A stretch of 64,000 nucleotides of DNA from positions 3,456,001 through 3,520,000 of the forward strand of contig OY762069.1 in assembly GCA_963665095.1 (NCBI GenBank). Direction: 5' to 3'. The stretch comes from an uncultured Desulfobacter sp. Its GTDB lineage: Bacteria > Desulfobacterota > Desulfobacteria > Desulfobacterales > Desulfobacteraceae. How positions within the stretch are numbered: the first letter of the stretch is position 1; every line of letters begins with the position of its first letter. The position numbers and the translations under genes were made by a program. Shown in pieces: positions 62,576 to 64,000 of this stretch. The notes under the pieces are model-generated. The model was not told where the DNA came from, did not search any database, and saw only the letters and a program-made list of their open reading frames with translations.

Positions 62576-62857
62576 TCCGGATGCCTATTTCCCCGGGAGA
62601 GCGGGTCCCCGCCCCCATGATGATCCGTTGGACCTGCCGGATAAAACCACCAGGGAAAAATAAGCATCAATCACCTTGACAAGCCTTGTCTCATCAAGTA
62701 ATCCTGAAAAAAATTGCAATTGAAATTGCAACCCGGCAGGTGCCCATGTTGACAGACAAAATTTTGCCAGGAAGGCTGAATAGATGGATTTATCTATAAG
62801 GCTTTCCCGGCTTTTTTTGTTTAGAGGGGTAATGCACAGTTTTTACAGGATATAACC

Positions 62858-64000
62858 ATGAACAGCCAGAACGAGTTGATGCGCCGTGAACATGATGCTT
62901 TAGGAGAGATGGAAATCCCGGCCAATGCCTACTACGGCATCCATACCATGCGGGCAAAGCAGAATTTCCCTTTTTCAACCGCCACCATTCCTGCCCCGTT
63001 TATCCGGGCGTTGGGACAGGTGAAGCAGGCCTGTGCCCGGACCAGCATTGATATAGGCTTTCTTGATCCGGAACCGGGAGAGGCCATCATCAAGGCCTGT
63101 GAAGAACTTGAAACCGGACAGTTGTCTGCGCACATTGTGGTGGACCCCTTCCAGGGCGGGGCCGGTACCTCCACCAATATGAACGTCAATGAGGTCCTTG
63201 CCAATCGCGCCGAAGAGATCCTGGGCGGCAGTCCCGGCCAGTACCGGCTGGTTCACCCCATCCATCACGTCAATAAGTTTCAGTCCACCAATGATGTCTA
63301 TCCCACGGCCCTGAAAGTGGCGGCCCTGGGGCTATTAGTGACCCTTGAAAATGAAGTGGCGGTCCTCCAGCAGGTACTCCAGGAAAAGGAAGGGGAGCTG
63401 CGCAACATTGTGAAGGTGAGCCGTACGGAACTGGTGGATGCCGTTCCCATGACCCTGGGCATGACCTTTGGGGCCTTTGCCGAGGCTGTGGCCCGTGACC
63501 GCTGGCGCATTTTTAAAAGCCGGGAGCGGATCAAGCGGGTGAACCTTGGCGGCACCGCCATTGGCACAGGCCTGGGTGCGCCCAGGGATTATGTGCTGAA
63601 GGTAACGGAAAATTTGCGCCATATCTGCGGGCTGCCTGTATCCCGGGCCGAAAACCTCATGGACGCCACCCAGAATATGGACCCCTTTGTGGAGGTGTCG
63701 GGCATGCTGAAAGCGTATGCCGCCAACCTGCTGAAGATTTCATCGGATCTGCGCCTGCTTGCCAGCGGGCCTGACACAGGCATTGGTGAAATTACCCTTG
63801 AACCGCTACAGGCAGGATCCTCAATCATGGCCGGCAAGATCAATCCGGTCATGCCCGAAGCAGTCACCCAGGTGGCGCTGAAGGTGATGGGCAATGACCA
63901 GACCATCGGCCTGGCCGCAGGCATGGGACAGCTGGAGCTTAACCACCTGATGCCGCTTCTGGCACATACCTTCCTGGAGTCTTTAATGCTGCTCATCAAC
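62858..64000 (+). CDS. aspA: Aspartate ammonia-lyase / fumarase-family protein (3'-truncated by window edge)
   Basis: Not in the ORF track; reads MNSQNELMRREHDALGE…YYGIHT, QGGAGTSTNMNVNE, QSTNDVYP, GSSIMAGKINPV. Confidence 0.88.
   Translation, partial: MNSQNELMRREHDALGEMEIPANAYYGIHTMRAKQNFPFSTATIPAPFIRALGQVKQACARTSIDIGFLDPEPGEAIIKACEELETGQLSAHIVVDPFQGGAGTSTNMNVNEVLANRAEEILGGSPGQYRLVHPIHHVNKFQSTNDVYPTALKVAALGLLVTLENEVAVLQQVLQEKEGELRNIVKVSRTELVDAVPMTLGMTFGAFAEAVARDRWRIFKSRERIKRVNLGGTAIGTGLGAPRDYVLKVTENLRHICGLPVSRAENLMDATQNMDPFVEVSGMLKAYAANLLKISSDLRLLASGPDTGIGEITLEPLQAGSSIMAGKINPVMPEAVTQVALKVMGNDQTIGLAAGMGQLELNHLMPLLAHTFLESLMLLIN

Noticed and set aside
62714..62731. TTGCAAT-N4-ATTGCAA palindrome upstream of aspA as a Rex site
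   Set aside because: Geometry is similar but the sequence does not match the Rex consensus; the regulator cannot be assigned.

Overview
64-kb bacterial chromosomal window. Gene content (NiFeSe hydrogenase, hyp genes, corrinoid methyltransferase) suggests a sulfate-reducing Desulfobacterales-like organism; this is an inference. In order it holds: a branched-chain amino-acid ABC transporter; a very large type I-C CRISPR array (about 118 repeats, transcribed on the minus strand) split by a 3.58-kb four-gene DDE/AAA transposon lying between two intact repeats; a type I-C cas locus (cas3, cas5-cas8c-cas7, inserted Fic and AAA-ATPase genes, cas4-cas1-cas2); signalling and metabolic genes; hysBA-protease with an in-frame Sec UGA; hypCFDE; two vapBC modules; and an eroded region of gene remnants. 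The standout is the 300-bp cas3-cas5 intergenic region. A sigma70-type promoter there would drive a 24-aa unannotated peptide ORF, then a solitary diverged CRISPR repeat with compensatory stem changes, then a 23-nt guide. The guide matches a TTC-PAM-flanked site next to that same promoter, with mismatches at positions 6, 12, 13 and 18. This is a candidate CRISPR-RNA-guided autorepression or toxin-antitoxin module (CreR/CreTA/CrePA-like) in a type I-C system. The leader-proximal array half also records repeated sampling of a family of related, divergent invaders.
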